Of a stretch of DNA of 64,000 nucleotides, positions 59,301-64,000 are shown in pieces (positions within the stretch are counted from its first letter, which is position 1; every line of letters begins with the position of its first letter). The notes below the pieces were generated by a model that made no database searches, was not told the origin of the DNA, and was given only the letters and a program-made list of their open reading frames with translations. The translations under genes and the position numbers were made by a program. The stretch comes from Azolla caroliniana (lineage: Eukaryota; Plantae; Polypodiophyta), in assembly GCA_043228905.1 (NCBI GenBank), contig JBHGNT010000009.1:21638001-21702000 (forward strand), read 5' to 3'.

Positions 59301-61637
59301 GCCCTCGGTACTCACCTCCGTTATCTGCTCGAACCGCCTTCAGCTTCCGGCCGGTTTCTCTTTCCACTCTCGCGTGGAGCTCTTTGAAGACGGATAACAC
59401 CTGATCCTTCGTCTTCAGCGGTGTGGCCCACAGCTTCCGGCTGTGGTCATCTATGAACGTCACGAAGTACTGCGCTCCGGCATGTGACTTCGTGTCTACT
59501 TGACAAACATCCGTATGCACCAACTCCAGTGGTGCATTACGTCTCATCGGTGGCCTTGGTCGGAAGGAGGTCCGGTTCTGCTTACCGGCCAGACAATCAG
59601 TGCACTTCTCTAAGTGCACGTTCTTCAATGGAATGAGGTTGTCGTCTGCAAGCCTCTTCATCCCCTTCTCACTCATGTGACATAGCCTCTTGTGCCACAG
59701 CTCACCGGCAGTGTCGGAAGCCAAGTTCACTTCTTCCGGACATAACCGGGCATACATCAGGTACAGTGTGTTTTCCTTCCGGGCCCGAGCCACAATCAGG
59801 CTCCCTTTGCTGAACTTCATGACACCGTTCCGGATGCTACCCGTGTAACCTTCATCATCTAGCCGACCGGCTGATATCAGGTTCAGACGAACTTCCGGAA
59901 CGTGTCGAACATCTTTCAACAGCAACTTGCATCCGGTTGGTGTTGTCAGCCACACGTCTCCTATGTCGACAATTCAGCATGTTCCTTCATTCCCCATCCG
60001 GACACAGCCGTGATCACCGGCTGAGTAGGATGAGAAGCATTTCCGGTCCGGGGTAAGGTGGAACGACGCTCCGGAGTCTACCACCCAGGTCATCTCATCG
60101 CCGGCATGGTTTAGCTCATTCTCCTCAGTGATGAGCATCAACTCCTCTGCACTTGCCGCAATTGCCGTCGTTCCCTTCCGGTCCGGCCCCCTCCGGTCTT
60201 TACCGTTCCGGTCTGTACCATTCCGGTTTGGGGTTTGCTTCGAATCGGTACAGTCGGTTTCCTTGTCTTTACGGAAATGCCGACAGTTCTTTTGGAAGTG
60301 TCCCGGCTTGCCGCAATAGAAGCAAGTAGGCCTCCCCCTTGACTTAGATTGTGTCCCCGACTTCTCCCGGTTCTGGGGACTACGGTTTCTATGTCTTCCG
60401 CGTTCCGATTCGGTAAGGAGTGCTTTGGAGTCGGAGCTCGTATCTTTGTCTTTCCGACGAGCCTCCTCATCTAGCAAGCTCGACTTTACTCTTGCTAGGG
60501 ATAGCCGTTTTCCTTCCGGCCCGGCGTTGCCCAAGGTAACAACTAACGTCTCCCAGCTATCCAGGAGGGAACCGAGCAGGAGTAGCGCTAGGACCTCATC
60601 GGCAAGAGGTACTTCCAATGACGTTGCCTGGTGAATCAGCCCCTAGAAGGCATTCATATGCTCCGCCATGCTGGAGCCATCTTGGTACCGGAGTCTTACA
60701 AGCTTCCGGAATACCGACGCCTGATTGACAACATTTTTGTTCTGGAACATTGTGCCTATCTTCTCCCAGAGCTCATGAGCCTTACTCTCTTCATTGAAGT
60801 TGTTGTACAGGCTCATGTCGATGAAGCACCGTATGTACGCCGTTGTCTTCATGTGCATCACCTCCCATATCGCGGCGTCGATTTTGTCCGATCTCTTGTC
60901 CCCGAACTGAACCGGCAGCCAGAGGTCTTTAACCACGAGCATGTCCCTCATCTTCGACTTCCACACTGAATAGTTGGAGCCGGTGAGCTTGAACATGCCG
61001 CCAAACGATTCGTCCATTTTTTTTGTGTCGATTTCGCTCTGATACCACTTGTTGAGAACTTGACGTTCCTTATGTCCGATGCTCGGCCACAACCGAGATT
61101 CTTTACATACACAGAAAAACAGGTAATGAAAAACGCGACACAAGAGAGGAGAAATGGTACACAGGAGGTATACGTGGAAAACCCCAAAGTAGGGGAAAAA
61201 ACCACGGCAGCCCACAAGCTGCAAACTGTCACTATGCAGAAATATACAACAGTGAGATCACTGAGGCAACGACCTCGTGTCCACAGATCTTCGCCACAGG
61301 CGGCGGTTACAACAGAGGCAACGACCTCGTCTCTCTCTCTTTCTCTGTACAGTTACGCTCTCTAATTTCTTCTTGCACCAACAAGAAGGAATAACAACAA
61401 GAATGACAACACACATTAAAAGTTTGCCCTCAGTCATATTTATACTAATATGACTTTTCGGCTATTTACAAAATGTAGCCTCGATGGGCTCCATCCGGCT
61501 CTCTGCAGTCGGGTACTCCTCGTCCGGTTCATACCGGGCCTGCACCATCCGACTCTCCGCAGTCGGGTACTCCTCATCCGGTTCTCCGTCGGCATTGTTC
61601 TTCTCTCTTCCCATCCAGAGGGACCTGTCTTCCAACA
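56319..61637 (-). mobile_element. Young full-length Ty1/copia LTR retrotransposon (copia-2, Tork/Tnt1-like, 5319 bp)
   Basis: LTRs are 56319-56945 and 61050-61637 (TG...CA; ~7 SNPs plus one 39-bp indel). A perfect TSD, TGCAT, lies at 56314-56318 and 61638-61642. The PBS TGGTATCAGAGC (61036-61047) is perfect and the PPT AGGGGGAGTT is at 56946-56955. Confidence 0.98.
56956..61017 (-). pseudogene. copia-2 gag-pol polyprotein frame (1354 codons) with four in-frame stops and no frameshift
   Basis: Reads MDESFGGMFKL..., zinc knuckle CFYCGKPGHFQKNC, WVVDSGASFH, integrase HHCC/DDE (RADNGGEY, PELNGLAER), RT YVDDML and RNase H SRTKHIQRRYHWIRE. Stops are at 60643-60645, 59974-59976, 59185-59187 and 58060-58062. 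Confidence 0.95.
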
Positions 61638-64000
61638 TGCATGGGGGCATCTATATAAGAAGAGAAGGAAGGGAAACGAAGGCAAGTGATGTATGTAATT
61701 CATAAGATAATAATAAAAGCTTAGTTGTCTCATTGGCAATGTGTCTTGTCTCTCAAATCTACATATCCACCTTTAATACTTTCTCGCTTGCGCTACTCCT
61801 TCTGGTCCAGAACATTGACGGTCTTGCTTCATTGTCTTGTACGATCCCTTCGATCCTCCATTACCATTTGCAGATAGAGGCCGGTGCTTGTCTGCGCACA
61901 TCGTGACATTTGGCGCATGTGTCACGTGCTTCGCGACATCTTTGTGGTGTGGTAAATATTTTTTTTCTCTCTCTCTCCCTCTTTTCTCTCAATCAACCCA
62001 CACAATCGTCTCCGAAAACAAGAATGACCCGATTGTAAACCTAAACGACCGATTCCTTACAATCACAAGTCACCCAATTCATCCTTGGTCAAAGACCCCG
62101 GTGGTCCCGTTTGACCGACCCACAGGAGTGGATTTCCACGACAACGTTCGGTTACTCCGTTCTGCTGAGGACTCCTGTAGGATTCCTTCTTGTCTAAGGT
62201 ATGTTGTAAAGGCGTCAGAGAAGTACTCTTTGCCACCGTCCGATTGCAGGCATTTGACATGCCGACCGGTTGCCTTTTCGACTTCATTTTTGAATTTTTG
62301 GAAGTGTCCGAACACTTTGCTCTTTTGCCGCATTGGATAAATCCAGGTATGTCTGGAGAAGTTGTCAATGAACGTTACATAGTACCGACAACCACCAAAT
62401 GTTTCTGTCTAGGCTAGTTCCCATACACATGTCAATGTATTATATCAAGGATCCCTTTGCTTATGTTCCTCTCTTTTGTAAACGGTTGTTGGTGTTGTTT
62501 GCTGAATTGGCAGGCTTCGCACATGCATGCAATTTCCTTTTCGGTGAAGGTCGGGAGTCCGATGAAGACTCCTTTCGACTGCATTCCCTTGAGCTTTTGG
62601 AGGTTGATGTGGCCAATTCATTCTTGCCACAACTCTATGTTAGTGTCGGCCTTTCGGCCCTTGGCATACATTGCCAATTTCATCTCATGAGAGTCGAGGA
62701 TGAATATTTGACCTTCTCTCCGACCGCAAGAAATAAGTCGACCTTGCTTTTTGATGAAGCAACCTCCGTTGTAGAACCAAACTTGCATGCCTTGTTCCAC
62801 AATCTGGCTGACCAAGACTAGATTCTTCGTTATTGTCAGAACATGCAAGACATTTTTTATGTACACCTCATTCCCTTCTTTGCCAAATAGGACATTGCCG
62901 ACATGTTGAATGGGGTGGATTGTGTCATCCCTAGTTTCCACATAGCTTGGTCGTTCGGGCTTTCGTAGTTCTTTGAACTAATGCTCGTGGGATGTCATGT
63001 GGTTGGATGCACCCGAGTCGACAAACCATACATCTTCTGGTTTGGAGGTGTTGGTAAGGTTGGAGGCTGTCATCGAGTTCGCTTTGTGCCTCATCATAAA
63101 CATTCCGCCACGATTGTCGTAGTCGGAGTTGGAGGCATAGTTTCTGAGTTGTCGACTTGTGGATGCCGACTGACTCTTCTTTTTCCGATACTTTGCCTCA
63201 TAGTGGCCGAATTTACCACAGTATCCACACTAGGCGGGATTGTTTTGTTGGTTGGGTTCAGCATGATTGCTCCCCCTTCTCCCGGACGCTCCGCCTCCCT
63301 CACGCATTCGAAACATCTTGTTGGTAATAGAAGTTATGTTCTCGGGGTTGCTCTTGGTTGTGTCGGCCTTGGCCGAATCAGCCTCTTCCTCTAGGACCTT
63401 GTCCTCTTCCTCCATCGAAGTTCGAATAGAGCATTTGTCCTTCTTGGGCATTGCTTCTTGTTCGAACATGATTCTCCTCGACCAACAACATCGACTGGAG
63501 ATTGAAGGAGGGAGGATTCTCCCTCACGAGGACTGTTGACTGAATGGCTCCGAATTGAGGTGTTAAGCCTCCGAGGAAAATCTGCACCATTTCATCATCG
63601 TCAATGCTAACATTGATCGACTCGAGGGCATCACACAACTCCTTGATCTTCAAGGTGTAGCATTGTTGATTGATATGTCCCTTTGTTGTATATCGTTCAA
63701 CTCTTGATGGAGTTGAAGCTTTCTTGTGGTTGTGTTGGCTGCGAAAATCTTCTTGAGGTTCCCCCATGCCTCCTTCGGCGTTTTGGCCTCTCGGATGTAG
63801 CCAAACATGTGATCATGGACACATGATGCAACGGAATACAATACACGACTCGCCACTTGCTCCCAAGTTGGGTAGTCTACATGTGTTGGGTTGGGTTGTT
63901 TTTCGTTTGCTCCTTCAACATAACTCCAATAGCTTTGGCCGACAAGGTATTGGTGCATCTTGTACTCCCAAGATGCAAACTTGTTTTTGTCGAGCTTCTT

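Larger units (their letters stand above)
55840..62143 (+). mobile_element. Solo LTR (~980 bp once copia-2 is removed) inserted in the copia-3 integrase
   Basis: Termini are TGTCGTG...CACGACA with a 4-bp TSD gcgt/acgt. Removing it restores GAA CGC AAG AAC (E-R-K-N). There is an internal 78-bp duplication (55916-55993 / 56031-56108), CTATATAAG at 61651 and a downstream AATAAA (~61712). Confidence 0.8.
55035..64000 (-). mobile_element. Older degenerate Ty1/copia element (copia-3), host of the nest; runs off the window edge and is truncated before RT
   Basis: gag (KLDKNKFASWEYKMHQYLVGQSYW) at 63650-64000, protease (WFVDSGASNHMT) at ~63000, and integrase SDGGKEY..PQQNGVTER at 62145-62330. The integrase continues as KNRHILKVARAMM...KLDPKSEKCILVGYS...SRDVVFDE at 55467-55839. 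Confidence 0.88.

Noticed and set aside
58060-60645. Programmed stop-codon readthrough in copia-2
   Set aside because: The four stops lie inside gag, protease, integrase and RT rather than at a domain boundary, and all are explained by single C>T changes.
57061-60969. Many overlapping plus-strand and alternate-frame ORFs inside copia-2
   Set aside because: These are shadow ORFs, expected in a GC-rich coding region.
61018-61224. ORF extension from the 5' LTR through the PBS into gag
   Set aside because: It begins at TTG, not ATG. The ATG at 61017, just after the PBS, is the natural gag start.

Overview
Eukaryotic land-plant nuclear DNA. It is AT-rich with GT-AG introns, and the gene and TE content suggests a fern or another non-flowering vascular plant (inference). 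The first ~40 kb holds four intact spliced genes, each reconstructed exon by exon into an open frame: an LRAT/NC-domain protein (+), an RRT-type GT106 rhamnosyltransferase (+), a group IIc WRKY factor (+) and a 20-exon At1g06840-like LRR receptor kinase (-). The last ~23 kb is a transposon graveyard. It contains hAT and pogo-like MITEs, two full-length Ty1/copia elements with TSDs, a three-tier nest (young copia inside a 4-bp-TSD solo LTR inside an older copia integrase) and an RTEX/L2-like LINE remnant. Two signals stand out. First, a five-copy tandem array in the WRKY intron appears to have been built by duplicating the 3' splice site itself. Second, the young copia shows a strong CCGG excess, while the older elements show a TCGA/TCGG/CCGA excess. 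All counts were done by hand and no database searches were run.
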